Shown here: positions 11,536 through 25,013 of the stretch, one piece after another
Layout of the letters: every line of letters starts with the position of its first letter
How positions within the stretch are numbered: position 1 is the first letter of the stretch
Source of the DNA: Azolla caroliniana
Lineage: Eukaryota; Plantae; Polypodiophyta
Direction of reading: 5' to 3'
Assembly (NCBI GenBank): GCA_043228905.1
Contig: JBHGNT010000018.1
Span: forward strand, 13,268,001-13,332,000
Length of the DNA stretch: 64,000 nt
Made by a program: the position numbers and the translations under genes
The notes under the pieces: model-generated
The model's input: only the letters and a program-made list of their open reading frames with translations
Told to the model about the DNA's origin: nothing
Database searches by the model: none

Positions 11536-14500
11536 TGTTGGGAGTTTCGTCCCTCCGGATGGGATCTGGATGAGAACTGGAGGAGCCGGATCGGACAAGC
11601 CGAAGGAAGGAACCGGATCGGGCAGATCCGGAAGATATCCGGATGAATCCAGTGTGAACTGAATCCAGGGACATATGTAAATATGTTTCTATAGGGCCTA
11701 TCATGGCCATATTTGTAAATAGTCCTAAATTCATATAAGTATAAATATGACTTAGGGCAACCACTTATGCGTGGTCATTAGAGTTGTTACTATTACTATT
11801 GTAAAGATAGAGATACATAAAGCTTTTCTGTTGTAACCGTTGGTTGGTGAAGACATAGAGCTCGAGGTTGTTGCCTCCGAGTCTCACTTGGTATCCTCTT
11901 CTTATAGTGATAATTGGAGTCGGTGGACTCCCATGGTTTTTCCCTATTAGGGTTTTCCACGTAAACATCTAGTGTTGCCTCATACTGTGTAAGTGCATTA
12001 ATCTCATTTCTATTTCCTGCTTTCTTCCATTGAGTGTTTAAGACTCAGTTGAGGCCGAGCATTATTCCGCACAAACTGGTATTAGAACAAGCTTCTAAAC
12101 CTTGAAGAAAACGGAATACTCATTCGGAAGAATGTTCAAGCTCACCGGCTCCAACTACCCAATATGGAAGTTGAAGATGAGGGACATGCTCATAGTCAAA
12201 GATTTCAGGTTGTCGATACAGTTTGGGGACAAGAAACAGGACAAGATCGGTGCCACGACGTGGGAGGTGATGAACATGAAGACGACAACGTACATTAGGT
12301 GCTTCATCGACATGAGCCTGTACAACAACTTCAATAAAGAAAGCAAGGCTCATGTGCTTTGGGAGAAAATCAGCACCATGTTGGAGAGTAAAAACGTCAT
12401 AAATCGGGTTTCGATGTTCCAGAAGTTAGTGAGACTTCGGTACCAAGATGGATCAAGCATGGTGGAGCAATTGAATGCATTCCAAGGGCTCATAAATAAA
12501 AAACCTCACTGGAAGTACCTCTAGCCGATGAGGAACTTGCGTTACTCCTGCTCGGTTCCCTCCTGGATAGTTGGGAGACGCTAGTTGTCATCTTGGGCAA
12601 CGCCGGGCAGGAAGGAAAACAATTGTCCTTGGCAAGGGTAAAATCAAGCCTGCTGGATGAAGATGCTCGCCGGAAGGACCGGGAGTCTGGAACCGATCTG
12701 AATGCCTTGGTCACAGAAGATGACCATAACCAAGGAAGAGGCCAGAATCGGAGTTCCCAAAACCGGGGCAAATCGGCGACGAGGTCAAAGTCAAGGGGGA
12801 GGCCCACTTGCTTTTATTGCGTAAAATCGGGGCATTTCCGTAAGAATTGCCGACACTTTCGGAAGGAGAAAGGAATCGACAATGCTAACTTGAAGAAGGG
12901 TCAGGACCAGAGGAGTTCGGATCGGAAAGGAACGTCGGCGATCGCGACAAGTGAAGAAGAATTGTTGCTAATCATCGAGGAGAGTGAACTACATCTTGTC
13001 AATGACGAAATGACTTGGATGGTCGACTCTGGAGTGTCGTTCCATCTGACTCCCAACCGGAAGTGCTTCTCATCGTACAGAGACGGAGATCACGGTTCTG
13101 TCTAGATGGGAAATGAAGTTGTGTGCCGAATTATCGGCATAGGAGACGTGTGGTTGACGACGTCAACTAGGTGCAAGAGTATGTTGAAGGATGTCCGACA
13201 CGTTCCAAAGGTTCAGTTGAACCTGATATCAACCGGTCAGCTAGATGATGAAGGCTACACCGGTAACATCTGGAACGAAATCATGAAGTTTTGCAAAGGG
13301 AGCCTGGGCCTGAAAGATCAACACTATGTACCAGATACATGCCCAGATCTGCCGGGAGGAAGTGAATGTGACATTCGAAAATGCCGGTGAGTTGTGGCAC
13401 AAGAGGTTGTGTCACATGAGTGAGAAAGGGATGGGAAGACTTGCCGAAGATAACCTCATTCCGGAGGTGAAAGATGAGCATCTTGAGAAGTGCACTGACT
13501 GCTTGGCTAGCAAGCAAAACCGAACCTCTTTCCGGTCAAGACCATCAATGAGATGGAAGGCCCCATTAGAACCTGTGCATACCGATATATGCCAAGTGGA
13601 CACGAAGTCACATGCCCGATTGCAGTACTTTGTGACATTCATAGAAGACCACATTTGGAAGTTGTGGCTATCACCGTTGAAGACGAAGGATCAAGTGTTG
13701 TTCGTCTTCAAGGAACTCCATGCGAGGGTGGAAAGGGGAATTGGCCAGAGCTGAAGGCGGTTCAAGCGGACAATGGAGGAGAATACCGGGGGCTGTTCGA
13801 GGATTACTGCCAGTCGAAGGGAATCTGGCTCGAATTCACCATGCTGAAGACGCCAGAGCTGAATGGATTGGCCGAAAGGATGAACCGGACCATAATGGAG
13901 AGAATCCGGAGCATGCTAGCACATGCAAAGTTACCCAAGATGTTTTGGGCTGAGGCGTTGATGACAACGACCTATATAATAAACAGATCACCCTCAATGC
14001 CCTTGCAAGGAGACTCACCGCAGAAAGTATGGACCGGTAAAGACGTGTCTTACCGGCATCTAAAGGTGTTTGGTTGTGTCGCTTACGTGCATGTTGCAAA
14101 GGACAAGAGAGCAAAGTTGGATCTGAAGTGCAAGCTATGCATATTCCTTGGATACGGCGATGATGAGTTTGGATACTGAGTGTGGGACTTGGTCAACAAG
14201 AAGGTGTTCCGAAGTCGAGACACAGTCTTCGTGGAAGACAAGAGTATTTCCAATGGGATTTGAAGAAGAAGATAGCAGACTCTGGATCGATCGATGGGAC
14301 CCATCCGGTCGGAAGCCGGATAACACTCAAAGAACCGGCTGAAGTCAGACAGGAGACCGAACCGATCGAAGAAGATTTGGACATTGGAACCAGACAAGAC
14401 TCTGAATCAGATTCAGATGAAGAGCAAACGGAGGAACTGGTGGACAAGAACCAATGAAGAATATACCCTCTAAGAGAGAGAAGGTCCCCCGGGAGATTTC

Positions 14501-15881
14501 TGAATGCAGAGCATTTGTTATTGACCAACCAAGGGGAGCCGGAAAGCTTTGAAGAAGCAAAGAAAGACACTCATAGTTGCAAGTGGTTAAGTGCCATGTA
14601 GGATGAGATGGATTCCCTACATGAGAACCACACATTTGAACTGACGGAGTTGTTGAAGGGAAAGAGAGCACTCCGGAACAAGTGGGTGTACAAGTTGAAA
14701 CCGGGGGACTTCGGAAATCCACCAAGGTATAAGGCCCGCATTGTGGTGAAGGGCTTCCAACACAAGAAATGAGTGGATTTCGATGAGATCTTTGCCCCGG
14801 TAGTGAAGATGACATCCATCCAGATTGTGTTGAGCATAGCGGCAAGCATGAACCTCGCGGTAGAGCAATTAGACGTCAAGATGACGTTCCTACATGGAGA
14901 CCTCAAAGAAGATATCTACATGCAACCACCGGAAGGATTCGTCAAGAAAGGGAAGGAGCACCTGGTATGCCGGTTGAAGAAGAGCTTATACGGACTAAAG
15001 CAAGCTCCTCGGAAATGGTACCGGAAGTTTGACTCCTTCATGAACGATCAAGGATATCACAAGATGCAAGCTGACCACTGTGTATTTGTGAAGAATTTCA
15101 ACGGAGGAGACTTCCTGATACTCCTACTATATGTGGATGACATGCTGATTGTCAGACCGGACCGAACCAAAATCGGGAATCTAAAGAAGGCCTTGAACCG
15201 GACCTTCTCAATGAAAGATTTGGGTCTGGTGTGACAAATATTGGGGATGCACATAGTCTGGGACCAGACCAAGGAGCTATTGTGGTTGTCATAGGAGAAG
15301 TACATGGTGAAGGTGCTCCAATGGTTCAGCATGACAGATGTGAAGTCGGTCAGATCGACACTTCTGACAAATTGCAAGCTCTTCGGAAAGAAAAGTCCGA
15401 AGATGAAGGCAGAGAAGTCAAAGATGATGAAGATACCATATGCCTCTGTCGTCGGAAGCTTGATGTATGCAATGGTGTGTACTCGGCCGGATATCGGATA
15501 TGTTGTCAGAGTGGTCAACCGGTTCATGAGCAATCTAGGAAGAGAACACTGAACCGCGGTTAAGTGGATACTCTGGTACTTGAAAGGCACCTCGAGTATG
15601 TGCCTTCAATTCGGCTCTGGAAAACCCCGGCTTGAAGCATTCATGTATTCGGATGTGTCTGCTTATGCAGATACCAGCCGGTCAACTTCCGAATATGTTA
15701 GGACATATGCAAAGGGAGTCGAATCATGCCAGTCGAGGCTACAGAATTCCCTTGCACTATCAACAACTAAAGCGGAATACATGGCGGTTGTGGAAGCCGG
15801 TAAAGATGTAATCTAGATGAAGGACTTCATCGGAGAGCTAGGGATCCGGTAGGAGGCATTCCAGCTCTACTATGACAGTCA
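11536..15881 (+). mobile_element. degenerate Ty1/copia related to 3341-8744; 5' LTR 11536-12073, 3' end missing
   Basis: LTR starts TGTTGGGAG..GTCCCTCCGGATGGG; PBS TGGTATTAGAAC at 12077; colinear gag-PR-IN-RT-RH remnants 12132-15881. Confidence 0.93.
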
Positions 15882-18800
15882 TGTTGGCCGGTTAGGCCAG
15901 AGTATGAAAGGGGAGTCTGTTTTGGGAGTTGTAATTAGATAAATTATGATAATTAGAAGATCGTTATGATAACTATAAGATCGAACAGACGGACCCGGAA
16001 TCACTATGCCGATCCGGATCTAGACCGGTTCATAACCGATTGTCGGTTGGCACTGGTTTGTAGCACAACCGGATACCTATAAAAGTATCCGGAGATGATG
16101 TAATTGATGATGGATAATTAATAGAGAAGTGTTGTATCTTTATGTATTGTGTATCTTGTTAATACCGGTCTATGCTTAATGTGATTATCATACGCGTGTA
16201 TCAAGTTAATCATTCCAGAGAGTAATCGGGAAGGATCAGTCTTGTTTCATGGTTTGCACATTCCTTACCGTACCACCCCTTTTGTGAAGTGTTCTAAAGG
16301 GACACCATATGTTAGCGGCTTGTCCAGCCTTGTGACAACACAATTTTGGCGACCACGATTCCTGCAAAAAATGCAGTGAACAAGAGGGGAATTAATGAAT
16401 AGACCAACAAACGACCCACTAGCCGAGCGAGCGAGAAGACTCGCCGAGAGACTGCAAAAGTGGGAGGCTTACCAGCAAGCGGTGGAAGAGATCCGATCGG
16501 ATCAGTCTTTTTGCAGAGTGATTTGGCGGGTCCCGGAGGAGTCACTCCGATTGCAACAGAACCACCGCCCAGACGAAGGAAGTAGTCTTAGCAGTCTGTA
16601 GGAAGCGGAATCCATTTTGCAGACACTTGCCGCAAGAGATGATGGTTCGGAAACGTTCTCAGCCATCGAATCGGATTCGGACGGCGGACAAAGTGTCCAA
16701 TCGAATTATCATAGTAGCCACGATACCCCAGACGACCCGAAAGACGACGAGTCGGACCACATACCGACACCGAAGCCGGCAACAACGAAACTGGAAGCTC
16801 CAGACAAACTGACCGGCACAGAACAACAAGAGGAGGAACGAGTTCCGACACCACAACCCGAGTCACCGACGGAACAGGAGGGGCGAGTTCCGACACCGGC
16901 CTCGACAGCACAAGAAGACGATGACACAATGCCATACCAATATCCGAAGTATTGGGATGACCCGGACGTGGAAGCCCATGTATACGCATTTCTCTAAACT
17001 TAGGAGGCGAATTATTTCTCCCAACGACTGAACGATGCAGAGGTAGAACGATAAGAAATTGTGGAATTTGGCATGACTTTTAAGGGATCGGCGGCACGTT
17101 GGCACTCCAAGCACCTTCTCGGTAGCATCGCCACATTTGAGGATTTAAAGACTAGATTTCTATGCTTCTTCCACAGATAGATGGATCAAAAAGATATTTT
17201 CGACCAATTTTATAAGACACGACAGGACCCGTCCAAAACCATTCAGCAGTTTGTTATCCAGTTTTAGACGATGCATAGTCAACTCACTAGAGCACCACCA
17301 GAAGCTGAAGTGAAAGCGGTATTTTTTGCAGCACTCCGGGAACCTCTCCGAACCGTGTGTGGTCATAGATTTTCGGACCAGCACAATAGACCGGGTAATT
17401 GATCAGGTCATGGAAATGGACCAAACGAGTTCGTGATTGACGATGGGAGCACTCCAAAGAACACTCCCCACCGAAGAGGACCTACGCTTTTGCCAGGCGG
17501 TCCAATGCATGACGTGCCTTAACCCCCCGGCACTCAAGAATAGAGTACGCGATGAGATCGTAGTGTGTACTATGCCATTTTCGGTCACATACAATGGACC
17601 ACTGCAAGTACAACCTGCTGAATCGGCAAACTGCACCAGTCTAGCACCAATCGAAATGACCAGGAGGACAAAGAAGAACGATTTCGGCGAGACAATCGCT
17701 ACCGACCGGTACAAGACATCCGATACAGTGACCGACGAGATGATTATGACCAGGATCAGAGCTAGGGAAGCTGCGACTATAAGGGCGATCGTTATAATCG
17801 AGATTACTCCCCCGGTTATGATCGGAGAAGACAGGATCAACGGGAAGACTATGAAGACTGGCGCCGGCAAGGATACCGGAACAACTGACACTATAATAAA
17901 AAACAGAACGCTCGGAAAGAGGATCGTCGGGAACCGGCAAAGGATTACCAATGAGAGCCAGACAGAAGCATAACTAGTGCTCAAACGGGACAAAGAAGAG
18001 TAGAGGAGCCTAACCGGATAGTATCCGGATTTCAACTGGGTAACATGCAAAAAGCAGAGTCTAGCAATACATGGAAGGCGTATTGCTACTATTGCCACCA
18101 AGAGGGACACTACAGAAACCAATGTCTGGTAAAGAGTCACGACAAACGACCGGCAATCAACATGGTGGTTGCGGAAGTGGCAGACATCCAGCAAGTCACC
18201 ACTAGATCGAAGGGAAAGATGGTTGAATGGGAGGCTCAGGAAGCTATCCGCAAACAAACTACGGAGTGGATCGAAAAGGCAAACGAACAAATTGTCACCG
18301 AACTGAAGGAGCAAAGGAACGCATTGGAGGAACCTACAGAGATGACGCAGCAGGATAACCCCATCTAGCGGGCATTACAGGAATGCCAGATCATGCTACC
18401 ACTGGGTCGGTTACTACAATTGGTGCCCCGATTCACCGATGGGTTAAAATCAGCATGGGCCCCACCAACCCCCACACCGGCTCCGACGTTCTTTTCGAAT
18501 CCGGATGAAGGGCCGTCAATGGTCGATACCAGCCGTCCTGCAATCATCACCATTGTCAAAGGACACGAAGTACCGGGGAAGATCCAAGAATGGAAACCAT
18601 GCCCGTTCTGGCTTCGGATGGCGGACACCAGCTCAGTGCGACCGACCGGATTAATCTGGGATTTGGAGGTAACAATCCGAGTCCATGCCTTCCAGATTTC
18701 TACCATCGTCCTCTAGTTGAATGCACAGGGAGCATACCCACTGTTGCTGGGACGACCATGGTTACAGACCACCCACATCAAACAAATTTGGGAGAAGAAC

Positions 18801-19889
18801 AACATTACGTTTCGAAGGGGGAAAACTAAGGTCAGAGTACCCACGCACCCTCAAGCAGACCCATGCAAGGAAGTAACACCGTTATATGCCGAAAGCGTGA
18901 ATATGCTGGAAGGGCTTGCCGATGAGGAGGTAGATCCATACCTTGATGAAAACCCAAGGATAGTCCCTCTGTTCGAAATAGACGTAGCAGAGGCGGTGTC
19001 CCTATATATTGGAGAACCGGAGGATGCCAGTGAGGAGCCGGATAGGAACGTCGTCCAGGAACTGCGACAAGCACAAGAGACCCTAGAGTGGGAGATGGCG
19101 GTATTACAATGGGTGAAAGCATCACAATTGGAAGAAGTGAATTTGGGAACCAACGAAGAAGCAAGACCGGTGCAAGTGGCCAAAGAAATGCCAGGAGAGG
19201 AGAAATCGGCAATGATCACATTATTGAAAAAATTAAAAAATTCCGGGACGTATTTGGGTGGTCATATGAAGACATGCGGGGCCAGGACCCGCAATTACAT
19301 CAGCACCAGATTCATTTAAGCAAGGATGCGAAACCGGTAGCGCAAAGACGTTACCGGATGAATCCGAATTATGCGGCTAAAGTAAAAGAAGAGATCAACA
19401 AGTTGTTGTGGGTTGGGTTCATCCGGCCGGTGAAGAAAGCCACCTGGCTAAGCCCGATCGTGGTGGTACCGAAGAAAAACGGAAACATCGGGGTCTATGT
19501 GGATTACCGAAAATTGAATGTTGCCACTGTCACTGATGCATTCCGGCTCCCATTCATGGATGGAGTATTGGATGCGGTAGTAGGCCACGAGATGTATAGC
19601 TTCCTCAACGAATTCAGCGGGTATAACCAAATCAAGATACTCAGACGATAAGGAGAAAACAATGTTCGTCACTGAATGGGGAGTCTTTGTAGTGGTGGTG
19701 ATGATGTTCGGACTGAAGACGGCACCAGCAACGTTCCAACGAATCATCATGGAAATTTTCGGGGAATTTATCCCAACGTTTATGCAGGTGTTCTTGGATG
19801 ACTTTGCGGTGTACAGCAGGAAAGGAGAACATCTTGACCATCTCCAGTTATGCCTGGAGAAATGTAGAGGTTACAGGCTAAGTCAGAAC
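15882..19889 (+). mobile_element. Ty3/gypsy non-chromovirus, 5' part: LTR 15882-16340, PBS, gag, partly deleted protease, RT
   Basis: TGTTG...CAACA; TGGCGACCAC at 16347; CYYCHQEGHYRNQC; LLGRPWL; WLSPIVVVPKK..VDYRKLN; MFGLKTAPATFQR; FLDDF. Confidence 0.92.
16347..16356 (+). promoter_or_regulatory. primer-binding site, probably tRNA-Arg(UCG)
   Basis: TGGCGACCAC is complementary to the recalled plant tRNA-Arg 3' end ...GUGGUCGCCA. Confidence 0.65.
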
Positions 19890-20717
19890 CATGGTTGTTT
19901 ACTTACCCATATTTAACGTTTTAAATACATATAGTACCTCATCTTTTGTATAGTACGTACTATACCTCAATGTTGTTCAGTCAAATATCATGTACATTTG
20001 TCCAATACAGTATTTAACGTATTTATAAAAAAACAGGTATAATACGTATTTATAAAGAAAATGTAAGTAAAACCCTAACAAAAAGCAAAAGAAAAAAAAG
20101 ATTTTAGTGAAAAAGAAGCCAAAGGAAGGAAGAAAGAAGAATAGAAGAGATGACGATGAAGAAGATGAAGAAGAAGAAGAGAGAAAAGAAGACATAAACC
20201 TGTCCTGAGTGTGATAATCGCAGAAGATAGAAGAAGAAGAAGAAGAAAATGAAGAAAAGAGAAACCTATCATGAGTGTGATAATCGTGGACGATTCCTCA
20301 ATCTATGAAGGCATAATTGTAAATAATTACAATTTGAAGTAGAACATCGTGATGCACACTTACACTAATTTATAGAATAAGGGAATGTCGACATCCATAT
20401 TACTACAGGTATTTTAGGATGTGAAATGTTCAAATGTCTTATATCCATTTTAGGATGTATAACTATATTGTACATCACAAAATTGTGTAAACATAGATGT
20501 TTTTTACAATAATATAGATATTTTTTAGAAAGGTAAATAATTTTCAAATTCTAGAAGTATTTTATGTACTTTACGTATTTTATAAGTATTTAACATATTA
20601 AGAAAACGTATTTAACGTATTTTTAAATTGGGAGGTACTATACGGGTATCAATACGTTAAATATGTATGGTATCCGTACCGTACCTAACGTACCTGTAAA
20701 GAATCGGATATAATTCT
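19890..20717. mobile_element. hAT-like non-autonomous DNA transposon, right end missing
   Basis: begins CATGGTTGT, the same TIR as the 60437-60915 MITE; AT-rich with ACGTAT subterminal repeats; interrupts the gypsy RT. Confidence 0.6.
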
Positions 20718-21456
20718 TGTGAAGCGGAAGAGATGTGAGTTATGTGTGCGTGTATGAGAGAGAGAGTGAGTGAGTGAGAGAGACAAGGAATAATACACAG
20801 AGAATACGCAAGGTAAAAGTATATTAACAAAGGAGAAAGAATTAACATTATACAAGGTGGCAGGAGGGTGCTTTATATAGTCACCCTCTCTCTTCATTAA
20901 CTACAAGACTCATGGAGCATGGGGAATGTGAAAGCTTATAAGTTATGTGTCATAGAATATGATTCTATGACTCATACTAAATGCTAGAATACAAAGTGGT
21001 GACTTAATGGTGACTCTTGACCGTTGGAGTGTCTATTCACTCTCAAGGTGAATTCACACACTAAACCAAGTTGAGCTTGATTCTCAACACGCCCCCTCAA
21101 GCTCAAGTCGGGTCGGTTTCAGACGGTATCCGACATCCGCTTCGACTCGCGTTCCGGAGTCCACGTCGACTTGCATTTATGCGGAGTTGCAGAATCCATG
21201 CTCCAGCTTGCGTTGTGTGTGGTTGCGAAGTCTGTGCTTCGACTTGCGTCTTTCTTCGCGGCTTTGCACGGTAGATCGGCTCTTCGCGGTTTCATTGCGC
21301 GGTTGCGTAATCCATGCGTTATTGCGTAATGTCTTCAGTACTCCCCCTCAAGCTTGGCAAGTCAAGGATCGTCAATCCGAGATCGGTCATGAATTGCCAT
21401 AGCTTGTCGGCTCCTAAGGCTTTAGTGAAGATGTCGGCCGTTTGAAGATTGGTGCT
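20718..21456 (-). mobile_element. copia 3' end: RNase H tail, 3' spacer, PPT and 3' LTR (20718-21089)
   Basis: minus strand QTADIFTKALGADKLWQF..LRGS; CTTGAGGGGGCG followed by TGTTGAG. Confidence 0.85.
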
Positions 21457-21622
21457 AGAAATCGAAAGGAGTCGTCATCGGATTCCTGACATTCAAAGAG
21501 AAGGAGATTGAAGGTGTATGCGAAGCGTGCCAATTCAACAAGCAACACTGACACCCATTCCCGAAAGAGCGGAACGTGAGCAAAGGTCTACTCGACGTAG
21601 TCCATTCCAACATATGGGGACT
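21457..21622 (+). pseudogene. copia GAG-pre-integrase/integrase fragment
   Basis: VCEACQFNKQH*HPF..LDVVHSNIWG. Confidence 0.75.
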
Positions 21623-23440
21623 TGTAATAAAGATTCGAACCCATGACCTCGTCAAAGATAATATGTAGCTTCAACCACTAGGATACATCATATTACATTT
21701 ATTGAATTGTAAATTCTTATATTAGATCATGAAGAAATATATCTAATATGTGAAACGTGCCACCGCATAGGCTAATGCATGATTACCAAGTGTCATGCTT
21801 GCATGAATGACAAATGGCGAGCATGCGTGCCTATGAGGTGGCGAGCATGCATGTATCCAAAGCATGCTATATAAACATATAGCGAACTATTGATGAACCA
21901 TTCCGGTTCAACGCCAGTCTTCGGCGTACTCTTGTAACCCTTGTTCTCATTGCTAATACATTTTCAATATCTTATTTCTCTCTCATTCCTCTCTTATTTT
22001 TTATTTCTCATTCTTTTCTTCATGTTAAACTTGTCTTTGGCTACGGCCCTGACAGTTTGAACCGGAATACCTAACCTTCTTCATTGTAATTTTTTCTTTT
22101 CCAAGGAAGCTCTCATCCTATCTTCTCATAACCATGGCAGCAGTAAGTGAACAAGAATATATGCGCGTTATAGGTGAACTTGAACGCTTGAACACAAAGT
22201 TCATGGCTTTGGGGCAAGAGAATCAAAGGTTGCTCGGGGATTTACAACGAGTGAATGTCGAGAAAGCTCAACAACAAGAGGAATTAACTCAAAGGGTTCA
22301 TCAACTTGAAGCGGCATCAATAACATTGCGACAACAAGCATTACAAGCACCGAATTCGACAAAAGAACCCAAGATAAGTATCCCGTCGAAGTTTGATGGT
22401 TCTCGATCACAATTTTGAGGATTTCTAAATCAGGTACGTCTAGTATTTCAAATGCATCCCACTCGATATCCAACAGATTCAGCACGAGTAGGGTTGGTTG
22501 GAACTCTATTAACTAGTACAACATTGGCTTGGTTTGCGCCGTTACTTGAGAAAAAATGCCCTATTTGGATAATTTTGATGAGTTTATTAAAGATTTCCAA
22601 GCTTGTTTTGGAGATACCGATAGCATGAGAACAACTATTAATAAGATTCGAAGGTTGCGACAAGGGGATCGCCCAGCCTCAGCCTATGCAGCTGATTTTC
22701 GCCTTCTTGCATGTGACATTCCTTGCGATGAAGAGGCATTGATGGACCAATTTCGTCACAGACTTCGTAATGATGTGAAAGACTTGCTTCTCACTTTTCA
22801 TGAAGATCCAAAATCTCTTACTGAGGCGATTAGTCGAGCTGTATGATGTGACAATCGATTATTCGAGCCACACTCTGAGTGTCAACAATGGTCTCGACCT
22901 CGATCAGAGCAAACATATGCATCGGTAACATCACTACCTACATCTGGAACTATGCATGTTCCTATATCTAGCCCAATAAGTGGTCGTACTCCAATGGAAA
23001 TTGATTCTACACGTCGTTGAGGACCTTTAACAGAAGCTGAAAAGCAGAGACGTCGGGCGAACCGCCTATGTTTATATTGTGGTGGTCCAGGACATATAGC
23101 GATAAGTTGTCCCCATCGACCTAGGCGTCAAGTTTACCAAGTAAGTGCTAGTACTAAATTGGATGTCGATTCTCCAAATACATCTAGCAATCCTAATAGC
23201 CCTACACCTTCAAATCGTTTTGAAGTACTTAGCCAACTAGATGAGGTGTTAAACGAGTAAATCCAGCCAAAATAGGAGCCATTTGGTTGGATAACCTAGA
23301 ATTTGTAGAGTCAGACCATAGTAATGGTTCCATTTCATCGAACCAAGTTAATAGGGTTTTTGTCGCACATGTCGAGCTTAGTACCTCTAGATGTCATCAG
23401 GTCTTCGCATATGCTCTCTTAGATTCCGGAGCCAACTCTT
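21623..23440 (+). mobile_element. self-priming Tcn1/Tf1-type gypsy: 5' LTR 21623-22054, gag, start of protease
   Basis: TGTAA...TGACA; PBS TTGAACCGGAAT complementary to 21900-21911; gag IPSKFDGSR, LRQG, CLYCGGPGHIAISC; ALLDSGA. Confidence 0.9.
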
Positions 23441-23540
23441 NNNNNNNNNNNNNNNNNNNNNNNNNNNNNNNNNNNNNNNNNNNNNNNNNNNNNNNNNNNN
23501 NNNNNNNNNNNNNNNNNNNNNNNNNNNNNNNNNNNNNNNN
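23441..23540. other. assembly gap (100 N)
   Basis: run of n. Confidence 1.
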
Positions 23541-23672
23541 AATAGTGCATGCACATATCATTCATTCTATCCAATCATTAGTCCCCTTTTTAATAATAGT
23601 GAACATACCCTTCACTAATGTAAATATTAGTGACCTACCCTCACCAACGTTATGTGTACATAACATACTCCC

Positions 23673-25013
23673 CTACTTCAAAAGATTGCACTCTTGCAAT
23701 ATAAAGTGAGGAAATTGTGCCTTAAGCGAATGCTCGCGTTCCCATGTGGCATCATCAATAGGTTTATCCATCCATTTGATCTTGAATAGCCGAATCTCTT
23801 TAGAACGTAAACGTTTAGTACGAGAATCAAGAATTCGTTCAGGAACATGAGGTTTGTAAGAAAAATCCTCTAATGTTACAAGATCTTGGATTGTGATGGT
23901 GTTATCACCAGAGCCTAAAAATGGTTTTAGACGACTAACGTGAAAAACAGGATGAATACCAACGTTACGAGGTAAGGCAAGGTGATAAGCAGATGACCCA
24001 ACTCGCTTAAGGATTTCAAATGGGCCACAATATCGTGGGGCTAACTTAGCGCACTTGCCCGTAGATAATGACGTAGAATCAGTCGGGACACGCAAAAAAA
24101 CTTTTTGACCAATAGTAAATGCACGAGGACGTCTATCCTGATCAGCATAAAATCGAGCACGATCTTGAGCTGTCTTGACATTTTCTTTGGCAATATGCAA
24201 CATTTGGTTCATGTCTTGCAAAAAATTGCGTGTACTGTCTAATGTATCATGATGAATCGTGACATCAACTGGGGCACGTGGCTGAAACCCATACATCAAC
24301 ATAAAAGGACTATATCCAGTGGATGTATGTTTAGAGCTATTATAGGCAAATTCTAAGATAGGAAGGTATTGCTCCCACTTAGAAGGGGTTTTTGCTACAT
24401 AAGCTCGAAGCATGTCCTCAATAATTTGATTAACTCGTTCAGTTTGTCCATCAGACTGAGGATGATCTGCGGAACTCATGCTCAACGTAGTTTCTAGTTT
24501 CTTAAAGACCTGAGTCCAAAAGTCACTAGTAAACTTGGAATCTCGATCACTAACAATATCCATCGGTAATCCATAAAAACGAAATAACTCATCAACAAAT
24601 TGATAAGCCAACTGTTGAGCGGTTACCGTGGTTTTTGTAGGAATAAATCTAGCTAATTTTGTTAGCCTGTCAACGACAACCCATATGGCATCACGACCCC
24701 TCTGTGTACGAGGTAAACTAACAATAAAATCCATCGAGATACTTTCCCATTTATTGTTGGGAATATCTAAGGGATGTAAAAGACCAGCAGCTTTAAGTCG
24801 TTCCGACTTATTAATCTGACATTGTAAGCATTGAGTTACGTATTTATGCACGTCAGAGCGCATCTTAGGCCAGAAAAAAGTACACGAGATGAGAACGAGT
24901 GTGCGTTGTATTCCAGGATGACCAGTAGATGGTGCATCATAACATTCATGAAAATTTTTCTGTTTAACATTTGGTAAATCTGGAACACAGACCTTTCCAC
25001 TACGGTAGAGCAA
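23673..25013 (-). CDS. pol: integrase plus chromodomain portion of pol
   Basis: GHPG..CLQCQ; SMDF; VVVDRLTK; SDRD; DGQTERVN; GPF; PERILDSR..IKW..DATWE. Confidence 0.9.
   Translation of the reverse strand: MLYRSGKVCVPDLPNVKQKNFHECYDAPSTGHPGIQRTLVLISCTFFWPKMRSDVHKYVTQCLQCQINKSERLKAAGLLHPLDIPNNKWESISMDFIVSLPRTQRGRDAIWVVVDRLTKLARFIPTKTTVTAQQLAYQFVDELFRFYGLPMDIVSDRDSKFTSDFWTQVFKKLETTLSMSSADHPQSDGQTERVNQIIEDMLRAYVAKTPSKWEQYLPILEFAYNSSKHTSTGYSPFMLMYGFQPRAPVDVTIHHDTLDSTRNFLQDMNQMLHIAKENVKTAQDRARFYADQDRRPRAFTIGQKVFLRVPTDSTSLSTGKCAKLAPRYCGPFEILKRVGSSAYHLALPRNVGIHPVFHVSRLKPFLGSGDNTITIQDLVTLEDFSYKPHVPERILDSRTKRLRSKEIRLFKIKWMDKPIDDATWEREHSLKAQFPHFILQECNLLK

Noticed and set aside
21623-21690. Intact tRNA genes at the A/B-box cassettes
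   Set aside because: No acceptor or anticodon stems can be formed, so they are reported as tRNA-derived motifs only
21776-21867. Clusters of CATGCA (RY) motifs in LTRs
   Set aside because: They could arise from CG deamination and short duplications; nothing here supports a regulatory role
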